Made by a program: the position numbers and the translations under genes. The notes beneath the pieces were generated by a model. That model had not been told where the DNA came from and searched no databases. It saw only the letters and a program-made list of their open reading frames with translations. Positions 29,461 through 40,406 of a DNA stretch of 61,902 nucleotides are shown here, piece by piece. The stretch comes from Phyllobacteriaceae bacterium. GTDB lineage: Bacteria > Pseudomonadota > Alphaproteobacteria > Rhizobiales > Rhizobiaceae. Location of the stretch: positions 1 to 61,902 of the forward strand of contig JANMMM010000039.1 in NCBI GenBank assembly GCA_031373225.1, read 5' to 3'. Every line of letters begins with the position of its first letter. Positions within the stretch are counted from its first letter, which is position 1.

Positions 29461-30726
29461 TTAAGTGTTCATCGAATCAAAGAAGTCCGAATTGCCCTTG
29501 GTCTGCTTCAGCTTGTCGATCAGGAATTCGATCGCGTCGGTTGTGCCCATCGGCGCGAGAATGCGGCGCAGAACGTAAATTTTCTGCAGGTCCTGCTTGG
29601 GTATCAGTAGATCTTCCTTGCGCGTGCCGGACTTCAGAATATCCATTGACGGGAAGATGCGCTTGTCTGCGACCTTGCGGTCGAGCACGATTTCCGAATT
29701 GCCCGTGCCTTTGAACTCCTCAAAAATCACTTCGTCCATGCGGCTGCCCGTGTCGATCAAGGCTGTCGCGATAATGGTCAGCGAGCCGCCCTCTTCAATG
29801 TTGCGCGCCGCGCCGAAGAAGCGCTTTGGCCGCTGCAGCGCGTTGGCGTCCACGCCGCCGGTCAGAACCTTGCCGGATGACGGCACGACTGTGTTGTAAG
29901 CGCGACCGAGGCGCGTGATCGAATCCAGCAGGATCACCACGTCGCGGCCGTGCTCGACCAAGCGCTTGGCCTTTTCGATGACCATTTCGGCCACCTGCAC
30001 ATGCCGCTGCGCCGGCTCGTCGAAGGTCGAGGACACGACCTCGCCCTTCACCGAGCGCTGCATGTCGGTGACTTCCTCGGGCCGCTCGTCGATCAGAAGC
30101 ACGATCAGATAGCATTCAGGATGATTGGCGGTGATCGAATGCGCGATGTTCTGCAGCAGCACCGTCTTGCCGGTGCGCGGCGGCGCGACGATCAGGCCTC
30201 GCTGACCCTTGCCAAGCGGCGCGACGAGATCAATGACGCGCGCCGACAGGTCTTTCGTCGTCGGGTTTTCGATTTCCATCTTGAACCGCTCGTTCGGATA
30301 AAGCGGCGTCAGATTGTCGAAATGCGTCTTGTGCTTGATCTTTTCCGGGTCTTCAAAATTAATCGTGTTGACTTTGAGCAGCGCAAAATAACGCTCGCCG
30401 TCCTTAGGTCCGCGGATCGGACCTTCGACTGTGTCGCCGGTTTTCAGCGAGAAGCGGCGGATCTGCGACGGAGAAATGTAGATATCGTCCGGGCCTGGCA
30501 GATAGTTCACATTGGCAGAGCGCAGGAAGCCGAACCCGTCCATCAACAGCTCGACGACTCCCTCGCCGATGATCTCGACTTCCTGCGAAGCAAGCTGTTT
30601 CAGAATCGCAAACATCAGTTCCTGTTTGCGCATGGTCGAGGCGTTCTCGACTTCCAGCGATTCGGCGAAGGTCAAAAGCTCGGTCGGGCTTTTGCTCTTG
30701 AGGGCTTGTAATTTCATTTCCTGCAT
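29461..30726 (-). CDS. rho: transcription termination factor Rho
   Basis: It has an RNA-binding domain ([14 protein letters not shown]), Walker A (APPRTGKT) and the typical Rho C-terminus. The longest ORF extends to 30774; the start was chosen at MQEMKLQ by analogy to E. coli Rho. Confidence 0.93.
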   Translation of the reverse strand: MQEMKLQALKSKSPTELLTFAESLEVENASTMRKQELMFAILKQLASQEVEIIGEGVVELLMDGFGFLRSANVNYLPGPDDIYISPSQIRRFSLKTGDTVEGPIRGPKDGERYFALLKVNTINFEDPEKIKHKTHFDNLTPLYPNERFKMEIENPTTKDLSARVIDLVAPLGKGQRGLIVAPPRTGKTVLLQNIAHSITANHPECYLIVLLIDERPEEVTDMQRSVKGEVVSSTFDEPAQRHVQVAEMVIEKAKRLVEHGRDVVILLDSITRLGRAYNTVVPSSGKVLTGGVDANALQRPKRFFGAARNIEEGGSLTIIATALIDTGSRMDEVIFEEFKGTGNSEIVLDRKVADKRIFPSMDILKSGTRKEDLLIPKQDLQKIYVLRRILAPMGTTDAIEFLIDKLKQTKGNSDFFDSMNT

Positions 30727-30909
30727 CGGCGCGGAACTCATCATTGGAAGGGAAGGCGGGGAAGGGTGTGACACAGCAGCGTTTCAGCCTTGGCGGCGAT
30801 GGAATCTGCTAGAGTCTGGAAGAAGATAAGCTGCTTTAGTCGCTTGAGGGGATAAGCGCAAGCACGTTTTTGCGGCTGGCGCTTCAACTTTTCAGGAGCG
30901 TTAAGAAGC

Positions 30910-31419
30910 TCAAAACGGCTTCACAATGACCAGTGTGACGATGACAATCATCAGCGCCGTCGGAACCTCATTCATGATCCGCCAATGCCGCGCCGGCTTT
31001 TCATTCTTATCCTTGGCGAAGCGGCGGACAGAGGCAGAAAAATAGCCATGCGCCGCCGAAAGAAGCACCACCATGGCGATTTTCACATGCAGCCAGCCGC
31101 CCATGAATTGAAAGCCGCGCCAAGCGAGCCACAGCCCGGTGGCCCAGCTGACCACCATCGCCGGATTGATGATCGCCTGCAAAAGCCGGCGCTCCATCAC
31201 TTTGAACGTCTCAGACTGCGCCGAGCCAATTTCCGCATCCACATGATAAACGAACAGCCGCGGCAGATAGAGCATGCCGGCCATCCACGACATCACCGCG
31301 ATCACATGCAGCGCCTTCAGCCATGGATAGAAGTTAACCGGGTCAAGCCAGAACAGCGCGAGGCTAAGCAGCGCTAAAATGCCGAGCCCCGCCAAGGCGC
31401 GTTTCATCGGCCCGCTCAT
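30910..31419 (-). CDS. hemJ: protoporphyrinogen IX oxidase HemJ (UPF0093 membrane protein)
   Basis: It has the HemJ signature [25 protein letters not shown] and 4-5 TM segments. It overlaps the hemE stop by 4 nt. Confidence 0.8.
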   Translation of the reverse strand: MSGPMKRALAGLGILALLSLALFWLDPVNFYPWLKALHVIAVMSWMAGMLYLPRLFVYHVDAEIGSAQSETFKVMERRLLQAIINPAMVVSWATGLWLAWRGFQFMGGWLHVKIAMVVLLSAAHGYFSASVRRFAKDKNEKPARHWRIMNEVPTALMIVIVTLVIVKPF

Positions 31420-32438
31420 CCTTGCCGCACCCGCGCGATCATCCGCTCCACGTGTGCGACCGGCGCCTCCGGCGTGATGCCATGGCCGAGATTGAATATC
31501 AGCGGCCCCGCGCCAAGCGACTCAAGAATGCGCGCCACGCCCTCATCCAATGCCTTGCCGCCCGCGACGAGACGCATCGGGTCCAGATTGCCCTGCACAG
31601 GCCCTTCAAGCTGCAATGACTGTGCCTGGCTGTACGGAACGGACCAGTCCAGTCCGAGCGCCGTCACGCCGGTATCGCGGCGGTAATGCCTATAGAGAGC
31701 GCCGGCGCCTTTGGGAAAACCGATGATCTGCGCATCTGGCAAGACCACGTGCACCTTGTCCACAAGCCGTTTCAACGGACAAACGCAAGCGCGCTGGAAC
31801 ATGTCCTCATCCAATACGCCGGACCAGGAATCAAATATCTGCACTGCATCAGCGCCAGCCTTCAGCTGCGCGATCAGATGTTGCGCTGACACATCCGCCA
31901 AGAGACCCAAGAGCGCGTCAAATGCCTCGGGATGGCGGTAGGCGAACAGCCGGGCAGGGGCCTGATCCGGCGTGCCATGTCCGGCGACCATATAGGTCGC
32001 CACCGTCCACGGCGCGCCGCAGAAGCCGAGCAGGGCCTTATCAGAAGCAAGCTCGGCCCGGATTTTCCCCACAGCCTCATAGACCGGCCGCAGATTCACG
32101 TGAAACTTTTCCGGCGAAAGCGCGGCCACTTCTTCCGGCAGGATTGGGTCCAGCAGCGGCCCTTGTCCTTCCGAAAAAGTCAGCTTGCGTCCGAGCGCAT
32201 GCGGCACGACCAGAATGTCAGAAAACAGAATCGCCGCGTCAAAGCCGAAACGGCGGATCGGCTGCATGGTGACTTCAGTTGCAAGCTCCGGCGAATAGCA
32301 AAGGTCGAGAAAGCTCCCGGCCTTCTTCCGCACTTCGCGATATTCCGGCAGATAACGTCCGGCCTGCCGCATCATCCAGAGCGGCGGCGGATAGACGGTC
32401 TCTCCGTCGAGCACTTTCAAAACATCCGGCTTGGTCAA
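31416..32438 (-). CDS. hemE: uroporphyrinogen decarboxylase
   Basis: It has the motifs [16 protein letters not shown] and FSDILVVP. The length is 340 aa. Confidence 0.95.
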   Translation of the reverse strand: MTKPDVLKVLDGETVYPPPLWMMRQAGRYLPEYREVRKKAGSFLDLCYSPELATEVTMQPIRRFGFDAAILFSDILVVPHALGRKLTFSEGQGPLLDPILPEEVAALSPEKFHVNLRPVYEAVGKIRAELASDKALLGFCGAPWTVATYMVAGHGTPDQAPARLFAYRHPEAFDALLGLLADVSAQHLIAQLKAGADAVQIFDSWSGVLDEDMFQRACVCPLKRLVDKVHVVLPDAQIIGFPKGAGALYRHYRRDTGVTALGLDWSVPYSQAQSLQLEGPVQGNLDPMRLVAGGKALDEGVARILESLGAGPLIFNLGHGITPEAPVAHVERMIARVRQG

Positions 32439-32734
32439 TTCAGCTTATCCAGTGTCCGCTCTAAAAATCCTGAAAATGGATTTTCTCTTCTTTTGATTCT
32501 TAGAGTCTGTTGGAATCGGGGATAGGCCATAATCCCTGCTTTGTCCAAAGAGGCCAATTGTCCCACTGAGCGGCGCAAAACTTGTCCAAAACTTTATTTC
32601 TCAAAAATAGTCCTGATTTCTCAATTAGTTGGACTCATGGGCCATTGGAACATGCTGTGGAAGGAATGAGGAGAAAAGTGATTCTCACCCGCTGTTCACA
32701 CATTGGTAACCAAAGATCGCGCGCTTCCCGCGCC

Positions 32735-32743
32735 TGTGGATGA
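32735..32743 (-). promoter_or_regulatory. DnaA box, 8/9 (TCATCCACA on the minus strand)
   Basis: The plus strand reads TGTGGATGA and overlaps GAATC at 32742..32746. Confidence 0.55.
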
Positions 32744-32793
32744 ATCAGGTGTTTGCCCACAGGCCAGCTCTCCGCTCCCTGCCCTCCGGAGCG

Positions 32794-32802
32794 TTATCCA
32801 CA
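32794..32802 (+). promoter_or_regulatory. DnaA box, perfect consensus TTATCCACA
   Basis: It is an exact 9-mer, immediately followed by a GATTC methylation site (32803..32807). Confidence 0.7.
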
Positions 32803-32970
32803 GATTCGCACAGGCTGGCGGCGGACATCCCTTCACTGGAGCGGCCTCGTCCGCATTACGCCATGATTGCGGATCAGCAGAAAAGCGGCTGCGCGCCGCC
32901 TTGAAATACGTCGCCGATTGATTGATGACAGAAAGCGGCCAATCGCGGCTGTTCAACAACAGAATCTCTC

Positions 32971-33564
32971 ATGCCGCTGATCCTCGCCTCAAAAAGCCCG
33001 TTCCGCGCCGCGATCCTGCGGAATGCCGGAATTGCGTTCCGCGCGCAAGCGGCTGATATTGACGAACGCGCCTCTGAAGCACCTCTCTTGAAGAGCGGCG
33101 CATCTGCGGAAGACATTGCATCCGTGCTGGCCGAAGCTAAGGCGCTCGACGTGAGTACAAGGTTTCCGGACGAGCCGGTCCTTGGCGCCGATCAGACTCT
33201 GTCGCTGGGTGATGAGCTGTTCCATAAGCCCGCCGATATGGAATCGGCGCGGCGGCATCTCCTTAAACTGTCCGGCAGGACACACATACTGTCGAGCGCT
33301 CTGATTCTCGCACGGCGCGGCGAAACCATCTGGCGGCACGTCTCTGTGGCGCGGCTGACCATGCGCGAATTGTCACCAGCGTTCATTGGGCAGCATCTGG
33401 CCCGGGTGGGCGAGGCGGCGCTTTCGAGTGTCGGTGCTTATCAATATGAAGGCGAGGGCATTCAGCTTTTCGAGGCGATTGACGGCGATTACTTCACCAT
33501 TGTCGGCCTGCCGCTGTTGCCGCTTTTGGCGGAGCTGCGCCGCCTGGGAGAGATCGATGGCTAG
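32971..33564 (+). CDS. maf: Maf-like nucleoside triphosphate pyrophosphatase
   Basis: It begins [10 protein letters not shown], contains GADQ and has GAYQYEG near the C-terminus. The length is 197 aa. Confidence 0.88.
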   Translation: MPLILASKSPFRAAILRNAGIAFRAQAADIDERASEAPLLKSGASAEDIASVLAEAKALDVSTRFPDEPVLGADQTLSLGDELFHKPADMESARRHLLKLSGRTHILSSALILARRGETIWRHVSVARLTMRELSPAFIGQHLARVGEAALSSVGAYQYEGEGIQLFEAIDGDYFTIVGLPLLPLLAELRRLGEIDG

Positions 33565-34390
33565 GAAAGCTTTCATCATCGGCGACCCGATCAGCCATTC
33601 GCGCTCGCCGCTGATCCATGGCCATTGGCTGTCCAAGCATGGGATTGATGGATCGTACGAAGCGATTCACGTGAAGCAAGCGGAAGTCGGCGCGTTCTTT
33701 TCATCGCTGGCGCACAGCGGCTTTGTGGGCGGTAATGTCACCGTGCCGCACAAGGAGGCCGCCTATGCGCATGCTGCCATCAAAGACCAGATTGCGGATG
33801 AGATTGGCGCGGTCAACACGCTGTGGTTCGAGAACGGAAAACTGCGCGGCACCAACACAGACTCCTATGGCTTTGCGCAAAATCTCGATGAGCGCGCGCC
33901 GGGCTGGGACAGCGGCGGAGCAGCGCTGGTCATCGGCGCAGGCGGGGCGAGCCGCGCCGTCATTCATGCGCTGAAGTCGCGCGGTTTCACCGACATCCGC
34001 GTCGCCAATCGCTCGGTTGAGCGCGCGATGGAGCTGCGGCGCGGGTTTGGCGCAACGGTCTCGGCGCACGGGCTTGCGGCGCTGGATGAGGTGGCCTCAG
34101 GTGTGCGGCTTGTTGTCAACACGACGTCGCTCGGCATGGAGGGCGACGGCGAGGCACCGCTCAATATGCAGCTTCTGCATCCTGAAGCGCTGGTGACCGA
34201 CATTGTCTATGTGCCGCTCGAAACGCCTTTGCTGAAATCGGCGCGGCTTGCCGGACTGCGCACGGTGGACGGGCTCGGCATGCTCCTGCATCAGGCGCGG
34301 CCGGGCTTTGAGAAATGGTTTGGCATTCTTCCGGAAGTTACGCCAGAGCTGCGCCAGCTCATCATCGCCGACATGGAGCTTCACTCATGA
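33557..34390 (+). CDS. aroE: shikimate dehydrogenase
   Basis: The start is set at ATG 33557 ([21 protein letters not shown]), overlapping the maf stop. It has NVTVPHK, NTD and GAGGASRAV motifs. Confidence 0.92.
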   Translation: MARKAFIIGDPISHSRSPLIHGHWLSKHGIDGSYEAIHVKQAEVGAFFSSLAHSGFVGGNVTVPHKEAAYAHAAIKDQIADEIGAVNTLWFENGKLRGTNTDSYGFAQNLDERAPGWDSGGAALVIGAGGASRAVIHALKSRGFTDIRVANRSVERAMELRRGFGATVSAHGLAALDEVASGVRLVVNTTSLGMEGDGEAPLNMQLLHPEALVTDIVYVPLETPLLKSARLAGLRTVDGLGMLLHQARPGFEKWFGILPEVTPELRQLIIADMELHS

Positions 34391-34971
34391 TCCGCCTCGG
34401 CCTCACCGGCTCAATCGGCATGGGCAAATCCGTCACCGCCCTGATGTTCCGCGACGAGGGCATTCCCGTGCATGACGCGGACCAGACGGTGCATGATCTC
34501 TACGCCGGCCCCGCGGCGGAGTTGATCGACGAGGCTTTTCCCGGCGTTTTGGTTGACGGCAAGGTTGACCGGCAGCGGCTGTCGGCGCGGGTCATCCACC
34601 ATCCGGAGGCGATGGCCCATTTAGAGGCGATCATTCATCCATTGGTGCGGCTGAATGTGGAAGCGTTTCTCACGGAGGCTGAGAGATCGGGCGCTTCCCT
34701 TGTAGTGCTCGACATTCCGCTCTTGTTTGAAACCCATGCGCAGCTGCGCGTTGACAAAATCCTTGTCGTCACCGCGCCCGTGGAAACCCAGCGCCAGCGC
34801 GTGCTGGCGCGCCCCGGCATGACGCCCGACAAGCTCAAAACGATCCTTGCCAAGCAGATGCCTGACCCGCAGAAGCGCGCCAAGGCGGATTATGTGATCA
34901 ACACTGGATTGGGGCTGGACAAGGCCCGGCAGGAAGTCCGAAAGCTGATCGCGCTGCTCACAGGTAAATAA
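34387..34971 (+). CDS. coaE: dephospho-CoA kinase
   Basis: ATG 34387 overlaps the aroE stop (ATGA). The P-loop is [11 protein letters not shown]. Confidence 0.92.
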   Translation: MIRLGLTGSIGMGKSVTALMFRDEGIPVHDADQTVHDLYAGPAAELIDEAFPGVLVDGKVDRQRLSARVIHHPEAMAHLEAIIHPLVRLNVEAFLTEAERSGASLVVLDIPLLFETHAQLRVDKILVVTAPVETQRQRVLARPGMTPDKLKTILAKQMPDPQKRAKADYVINTGLGLDKARQEVRKLIALLTGK

Positions 34972-34975
34972 GACT

Positions 34976-35692
34976 ATGCGCGAAATCGTCTTCGACACCG
35001 AAACAACCGGCCTCGACAAGAATTCCGACCGCGTCATCGAAATCGGCGCGGTGGAGCTGGTCAACCGCTTCTCGACCGGGCGCACGTTCCACGTTTTCAT
35101 CAACCCGCAGGGCAAACAGGTCCATCCTGACGCCGAACGGATACATGGCATCGGCAATGCGCAGCTGGCTGACAAGCCGGTTTTTGGCGACATTGTTGAC
35201 GGCTTTCTTGACTTTATCGACGGCGCAAAGCTGGTGGCGCATAATGCGAGCTTTGACACCGAATTCATCAATGCCGAGTTCACCCGCCTCGAACTGCCGC
35301 CGGTCGAACAGAGCATTGTTATCGACACGCTGCTGTTGGCGCGCCGCAAGCATCCGATGGGGCCAAACTCGCTGGACGGACTGTGCAAGCGCTACAATAT
35401 CGACAATTCGCACCGCACGCTGCATGGCGCGCTGCTTGACGCTGAGCTGTTGGCGGAAGTCTATCTGGAGCTGACCGGTGGCCGCCAGGCGGCGATGGGG
35501 TTTGATGCGGAGCAGCCTGGTGACGGCAAATCTGCTGACCGGAGCGTCCATGCGGTCCAGGTGAAGGTCCGGCCTGCGCCGCTGCCGCCGCGCCTGAGCG
35601 CAGCGGAGGCAGCCGCGCATGCGGAAATGGTAAAAAAGCTCGGCGCCAAGGCGCTGTGGCTCAAACAGCCCGGCTATTCCGCTCAAAACTAA
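34976..35692 (+). CDS. dnaQ: DNA polymerase III epsilon subunit (3'-5' exonuclease)
   Basis: It has Exo motifs I (VFDTETTGL), II (LVAHNASFD) and III (HGALLDAELLAEVY). Confidence 0.93.
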   Translation: MREIVFDTETTGLDKNSDRVIEIGAVELVNRFSTGRTFHVFINPQGKQVHPDAERIHGIGNAQLADKPVFGDIVDGFLDFIDGAKLVAHNASFDTEFINAEFTRLELPPVEQSIVIDTLLLARRKHPMGPNSLDGLCKRYNIDNSHRTLHGALLDAELLAEVYLELTGGRQAAMGFDAEQPGDGKSADRSVHAVQVKVRPAPLPPRLSAAEAAAHAEMVKKLGAKALWLKQPGYSAQN

Positions 35693-35716
35693 AAGCCCGG
35701 CGCTGTGCCGGGCTTT
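35692..35716. terminator. bidirectional hairpin terminator between convergent dnaQ and secB
   Basis: The stem is aaagcccggc (35692..35701) paired with gccgggcttt (35707..35716), with a 5-nt loop and A/T runs on both sides. Confidence 0.6.
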
Positions 35717-35738
35717 CAACTGTTCATGTTTGAAGAAG

Positions 35739-36224
35739 TCAGCTGGCCTGAACTTTAGCTTTGGCCTGCTCTTCCGCCATCTTCTGCTGGAACATGCCTG
35801 CGAAATCGATCGGGTCGATCATCAGCGGCGGGAAGCCGCCATTGCGCGATGCGTCGGCGACAATCTGGCGGGCGAACGGGAACAGCAGCCGCGGGCATTC
35901 AATGAACAAAAGTGGCAGCACATGTTCCTTCGGGAACCCGGTGATGCGGAAAACGCCGCCATAGGTCAGCTCGATATTGAACAGGACCGTGCTGTCAACG
36001 CCGGCCTTGGCTTCCAGCGTCAGATTGACGTCAAAATCCGTCTCCGACAGCGGATTGGCGTTGACATTGACATTGACATTGATCGCCGGCGCCTTGTCGC
36101 GCGCCTGCAGCGACAGAGGCGCGCCGGGGCTTTCGAATGACATATCCTTCACATACTGGATCAGCACATTAAGGCTCGGCGATGCGCCATTGCCGGCTGC
36201 TGGTGTCTTGTCTTCCTCGGCCAT
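35739..36224 (-). CDS. secB: protein-export chaperone SecB
   Basis: It is 161 aa with SecB-like sequence ([26 protein letters not shown]). Confidence 0.92.
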   Translation of the reverse strand: MAEEDKTPAAGNGASPSLNVLIQYVKDMSFESPGAPLSLQARDKAPAINVNVNVNANPLSETDFDVNLTLEAKAGVDSTVLFNIELTYGGVFRITGFPKEHVLPLLFIECPRLLFPFARQIVADASRNGGFPPLMIDPIDFAGMFQQKMAEEQAKAKVQAS

Positions 36225-36317
36225 GCCAAAATCCTTTGAATGCGTGCCAGTTTTGAAAATCAGTGAAATTCGACGCGCTGGCTAGCATGAAGGTTTGGAC
36301 CGTGCAAGGCGAGGCCA

Positions 36318-37292
36318 TTAACCGGAAAACGCATCGTCCGCATGCCGAAGCTTAGTCTGGCGGATGAAGGCTTGTGTGGCCGCAAGTGTGCTGACGCCGG
36401 CCTGGCTTCCAAGTCCAGTGGCGTTCTGCGCTGATGATGCCTGCGCGAACTCGACGCATTCCTGCGGCGAAAGGCCAAGATGAAGCCCGGTGGCAAAGCC
36501 GCCATTGAAACAGTCGCCGCAGCCGCAGGTGCATTTGACATCGACATTGAAGGCTGGAGCGCTGAACTCCTCGCCACACTGATCACGGTAGAATGCGCCA
36601 TCTTCACCAAGCGTCAGGATCACGCAGCCAGCGCCCCGATCAAGCAGGAAATCGGTGATCTGAACACTGTCCGTCAATCCTGACAGCGCTGCCGCTTCTT
36701 CCTTTGATGGCATGAAATAATCCGTGTGAGGCAGAAGCCGCGCAACTTTGGGCAGGTCGGCCTGTGTTGAGGCGAAAACGTCCAGCGTCGTCATGACGCC
36801 GCGCCGCTTTGCCTCTTTCATGACTTCCTCGGTGCGGCCGCTCTCGTCCATGCGGTTCATCAGCCCCACGCCGCCGACATGCAGGATCTTGGTGTCCAGC
36901 AGCCGGTCGATCTGGCTGTCATTGATGAAAAACCCATCCGTCGCGCCGCGCTTGTGCAGAGAGGGCCGCTGCCCGTCAGGCCGAACCGTCACAATCGAGC
37001 TTGAGGTCGCATAACCGTCGCAGCGCTGCATGAGTGTTGTATCGATGCGAAACTTATTGAGTTTCATCAACACCCAGTCACCCATATCGTCATGCCCAAC
37101 ACCGCCAACAGCCTGAACCTTCAGACCGTGCTTGGCAGCAATAATAGAGGCTGAACCAGCCGCGCCCGAAACAGCCAGGGCGAAGTCCTCGACATAATAT
37201 GTGTCGGCGCCCGGCGGAATCTGCGTCACCGGCCGGCACAGCGCGTCAAATGTGTAAAAGCCCATGCAGCTGTAATCGAAGCGCCGTTCCAT
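36318..37292 (-). CDS. PfkB/ribokinase-family carbohydrate kinase
   Basis: It has an N-terminal GG motif region and a C-terminal anion-hole motif (TCGCGDCFNGGFATG). The start is set at ATG 37292. The substrate is unknown. Confidence 0.75.
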   Translation of the reverse strand: MERRFDYSCMGFYTFDALCRPVTQIPPGADTYYVEDFALAVSGAAGSASIIAAKHGLKVQAVGGVGHDDMGDWVLMKLNKFRIDTTLMQRCDGYATSSSIVTVRPDGQRPSLHKRGATDGFFINDSQIDRLLDTKILHVGGVGLMNRMDESGRTEEVMKEAKRRGVMTTLDVFASTQADLPKVARLLPHTDYFMPSKEEAAALSGLTDSVQITDFLLDRGAGCVILTLGEDGAFYRDQCGEEFSAPAFNVDVKCTCGCGDCFNGGFATGLHLGLSPQECVEFAQASSAQNATGLGSQAGVSTLAATQAFIRQTKLRHADDAFSG

Positions 37293-37405
37293 TCCCCCTC
37301 CAAAACGCGCTCGCCGCCGGGCATGCGGCAAGAGACGCGTTCCAAATCAAAGCTCAAGCCCGAGAGCGCGTCAATGTCAGGTCGTTTCGCTGCGGGGCGG
37401 AGCGC

Positions 37406-37951
37406 TCACCGTCGGCGCTTTTCCGGGTCCTGTTCGATCACCCATGGCGAGTCTGGATTGCCTGCCCGCTGATACTCATCCTCGTCAAGGTCAACAACGC
37501 CCGGCTCCGGCCTCCCCGCGCCGCTGTGCGTAAAGCCTCTGCCAAAAGTCTGAACGTTGACGCGTGAAGACAAAAAGCGCCACACAGCGTCACGCACAGC
37601 TGGTATGAAGAGAAGCAATCCGAGCGTGTCGGTGACAAAGCCCGGCGTCAGCAGTAGGAACCCGGCAAGCAGCACCATGACGCCCTGCACCATTTTCTTG
37701 CCCGGCACGCGGTGCGCGGCAAGCTCCCTCTGTATGCGCGCCAGCGCGTTAAATCCCTGCCAGCGCAGCAGGATGGAGCCGGCGACAGCCGTAAGGATCA
37801 CCAGACCGATGGTCGGCAGAACGCCGATCTTGCTGCCGACCAGCACAAAAACGGCGATTTCCGTCAGCGGAACGGCGAGAAACAGAAAAGGAATGAGGCT
37901 GAAGGGCAAGGCGCTGGTTTTCCGGCTTGTTGGAGCAATCGAATCCTTCAT
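37406..37951 (-). CDS. fxsA: FxsA family membrane protein
   Basis: It has the signature LLAGFLLLTPGFVTDTLGLLLFIP and 3-4 TM segments. Confidence 0.8.
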   Translation of the reverse strand: MKDSIAPTSRKTSALPFSLIPFLFLAVPLTEIAVFVLVGSKIGVLPTIGLVILTAVAGSILLRWQGFNALARIQRELAAHRVPGKKMVQGVMVLLAGFLLLTPGFVTDTLGLLLFIPAVRDAVWRFLSSRVNVQTFGRGFTHSGAGRPEPGVVDLDEDEYQRAGNPDSPWVIEQDPEKRRR

Positions 37952-38060
37952 ATAGGAAACTGACGGCTTAATTTGAATGATGGCACGGCGCAGACTATAT
38001 CATTGTGAGACAACCGCCTATGAGCGGGGCGCATGCGCGGGAAGTGAAGGCGGTATATCG

Positions 38061-38756
38061 ATGGAATTTCTGAGTTTCGGCACGATTTTCTTCATTGTGG
38101 CGGCAGTTGTGGTGCTGCTGCAGCTGCGCTCGGTGCTCGGAAAGCGCACCGGCAGCGAAAAACCGCCATTCAACCCCTATGCCACGCGCGCGCCGAAAGA
38201 CGGCGAGGCAAAGCCCCAAGGCAATGTCGTGTCCCTGCCGGTGCGCAAATCCGCCGCCGAGGCGGATTTCAGCGACATTGACGCGCTGGCCAAGCCCGGA
38301 TCGGAGGTCAATAATGGCCTGCGCGCCGTCCGCGCCGCTGATCCTGCTTTTGACCCAAAGGAATTTCTCAATGGCGCAAAGATCGCCTACGAGATGATCG
38401 TCACCGCCTTTGCCGAGGGCGACCGCAAAGCATTGCGCGGCCTGTTGGCCAAGGATGTGTTTGACGGGTTCGAGGCCGAAATCACCGCCCGCGACCAGCG
38501 CGGCGAGAAAATGCAGTCATCTTTCGTCGGCATCAACAAGATCGATTTCGTCGATGCAGAGGTCAAGGGCTCAGACACGCACCTGACGCTGCGCGTCGTC
38601 AGCCAGCTGATCTCAGCCACACTCGACAAGGAAGGCAAAGTGATAGAGGGCGATCCGGAGACGGTCACTGAGGTCAAGGATGTCTGGACTTTCGCCCGCG
38701 AAATGCGCTCGAAAGATCCGAACTGGAAACTCGTCGCCACCGAAGCCGAAGATTGA
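38061..38756 (+). CDS. Tim44/TimA-like domain protein
   Basis: The start is at ATG 38061, followed by an N-terminal TM helix. The C-terminal Tim44-like domain (FDPKEFLNGAKIAYEMIVTAFAEGD ... WTFAR ... DPNWKLVAT) is common next to mltA in Rhizobiales. Confidence 0.75.
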   Translation: MEFLSFGTIFFIVAAVVVLLQLRSVLGKRTGSEKPPFNPYATRAPKDGEAKPQGNVVSLPVRKSAAEADFSDIDALAKPGSEVNNGLRAVRAADPAFDPKEFLNGAKIAYEMIVTAFAEGDRKALRGLLAKDVFDGFEAEITARDQRGEKMQSSFVGINKIDFVDAEVKGSDTHLTLRVVSQLISATLDKEGKVIEGDPETVTEVKDVWTFAREMRSKDPNWKLVATEAED

Positions 38757-39855
38757 TGCCGTGCTGGGGGACGCGTTTGAACTTCGCTCATTTGAGGAGC
38801 TGAATGGCTGGGATGATGATGATCATCTTCCGGCTTTCGGAGCTTTTTTGCGCTCAGCCCGTCACGCGGAGGCCAAACGCTACAAGGATGGCGGCCTTGG
38901 AGTTTCATTTGATGACATGAAGCCCGCTTTTGACGCCGCTCTCAGCGTCAAAATCAAAACCGGCATGGATGCAAAGCGCTTCTTCGAAAACTGGTTCACT
39001 CCCGCGCTGGTGAATTCCGGGTCAGGAAAGCAAGGCCAAGTGACGGGTTTCTATGAACCGGTGGTCAAGGCAAGCCGCTCAAGAACCGAAGCTTTTCCAA
39101 ATCCGCTCTACCGCCGTCCGAACGACCTTGTTGAGATCGACGATGCCACCCGTCCGGCTTCAATGGACCCCTATTTACGCTTTGCCCGCAAGACCGCCGC
39201 AGGGATTGAGGAGTATTCCGACCGGGGCGACATCGAGCGCGGCGCTCTCGCCGGATGCGGGCTGGAATTTGTCTGGCTGACAGATAGTATCGAGTCGTTC
39301 TTTATCCACGTGCAGGGCGCGGCGCGGCTGCAGTTCGCAGATGGAAGCGAAACCCGCGTCACCTACAGCGCCAAGAGCGGCCATCCTTTCACCGGTCCGG
39401 GGCGCGTCTTGATCGACAAGGGTGAGATTGATCCAAAAACTGTATCCATGCAGTCCATCCGCGCATGGTTCAAGGCTAATCCGCAGCGCACGGATGAAAT
39501 CCTCTGGCGTAACCGCTCCTTCATATTCTTCGAGGAAAGCCCGATTGGCGACCCAGCTCTTGGACCCGTGGCCGCCGCAAAGGTCCAGCTGACGGCAGGC
39601 CGCTCGATGGCGGTGGACAGACTGATGCATGTGTTCGGGTCGCCCTTCTTCATCGACGCGCCGAATGTAGACGGCGGCGATGACAGGCCGTTCCGCCGTC
39701 TGATGATCGCGCAGGACACGGGCTCGGCCATAACAGGCGCCGCGCGCGGCGACCTGTTCACCGGCTCCGGCTTTGACGCGGGGGAGATCGCGGGCCGCAT
39801 CAACGCCGCAGCGGACTTTTATCTCCTCGTGCCAAAACAGTTGGCTGACGCATGA
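38680..39855 (+). CDS. mltA: murein transglycosylase A
   Basis: It has an MltA-specific domain and a 3D domain (AVDRLMHVFGSPFFIDA, MIAQDTGSAITGAARGDLFTG). The start is uncertain, because the longest ORF overlaps the Tim44-like gene by 77 nt. Confidence 0.8.
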   Translation: MSGLSPAKCARKIRTGNSSPPKPKIDAVLGDAFELRSFEELNGWDDDDHLPAFGAFLRSARHAEAKRYKDGGLGVSFDDMKPAFDAALSVKIKTGMDAKRFFENWFTPALVNSGSGKQGQVTGFYEPVVKASRSRTEAFPNPLYRRPNDLVEIDDATRPASMDPYLRFARKTAAGIEEYSDRGDIERGALAGCGLEFVWLTDSIESFFIHVQGAARLQFADGSETRVTYSAKSGHPFTGPGRVLIDKGEIDPKTVSMQSIRAWFKANPQRTDEILWRNRSFIFFEESPIGDPALGPVAAAKVQLTAGRSMAVDRLMHVFGSPFFIDAPNVDGGDDRPFRRLMIAQDTGSAITGAARGDLFTGSGFDAGEIAGRINAAADFYLLVPKQLADA

Positions 39856-40406
39856 AATCGGCCAACGGCACGCTGCTGAAACTCGAAGACCGCATCCTGT
39901 GGGAAAAGGTCGCGCGCAGCACAAAACCTATGCAGGGCCGCATGTTCCCGTCTTTTGGCTCGGAGGAAGCTGCCAAAGCGCCCGTAAAGTCTGCCGCCGC
40001 GTCCGCAGCAATGGCCGAAGCGCCAATGAGCGCAGTCTCGCCAAAAAAACCCAAGCCGCACCCTGACCGTCTTGATGATTCAACACACCGTAAGCTTGCC
40101 AAGGGCCGGCTGGCGCTATCCGGCCGCATTGATCTGCATGGCTTGACGCAAGGCGAGGCGCACGGCCTGCTGCATGGGTTCCTGTACCGCGCCCACGCCC
40201 ATGGATTGCGCCATGTTCTTGTCATCACCGGCAAGGGCGCATCGCTTGGCAGCGACGGCATCCTGCGTCAGGCCGTGCCGCACTGGTTTGCCACCCCGTC
40301 TTTCCGCCCTTTGGTCAGCGCTTACGAGTTTGCCCACCGCTCGCACGGCGGCGATGGGGCGATTTATGTGCGCCTTCGGCGCGGCAATGAAGCGAGGAAG
40401 TCATGA
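39852..40406 (+). CDS. Smr domain protein
   Basis: It has a C-terminal Smr domain (IDLHGLTQGEAH, VLVITGKG). Its start overlaps the mltA stop. Confidence 0.75.
   Translation: MKSANGTLLKLEDRILWEKVARSTKPMQGRMFPSFGSEEAAKAPVKSAAASAAMAEAPMSAVSPKKPKPHPDRLDDSTHRKLAKGRLALSGRIDLHGLTQGEAHGLLHGFLYRAHAHGLRHVLVITGKGASLGSDGILRQAVPHWFATPSFRPLVSAYEFAHRSHGGDGAIYVRLRRGNEARKS

Larger units (their letters stand above)
32439..32970. other. chromosomal replication origin (oriC) in the hemE-maf intergenic region
   Basis: This is a 532-nt non-coding gap with AT-rich tracts (32461..32500, 32581..32625). It contains a perfect DnaA box TTATCCACA (32794..32802) and an inverted near-perfect box TGTGGATGA (32735..32743). 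It also carries two TTGTCCAAA repeats and eight GANTC (CcrM) sites. The position next to hemE matches known alphaproteobacterial origins. Confidence 0.8.
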
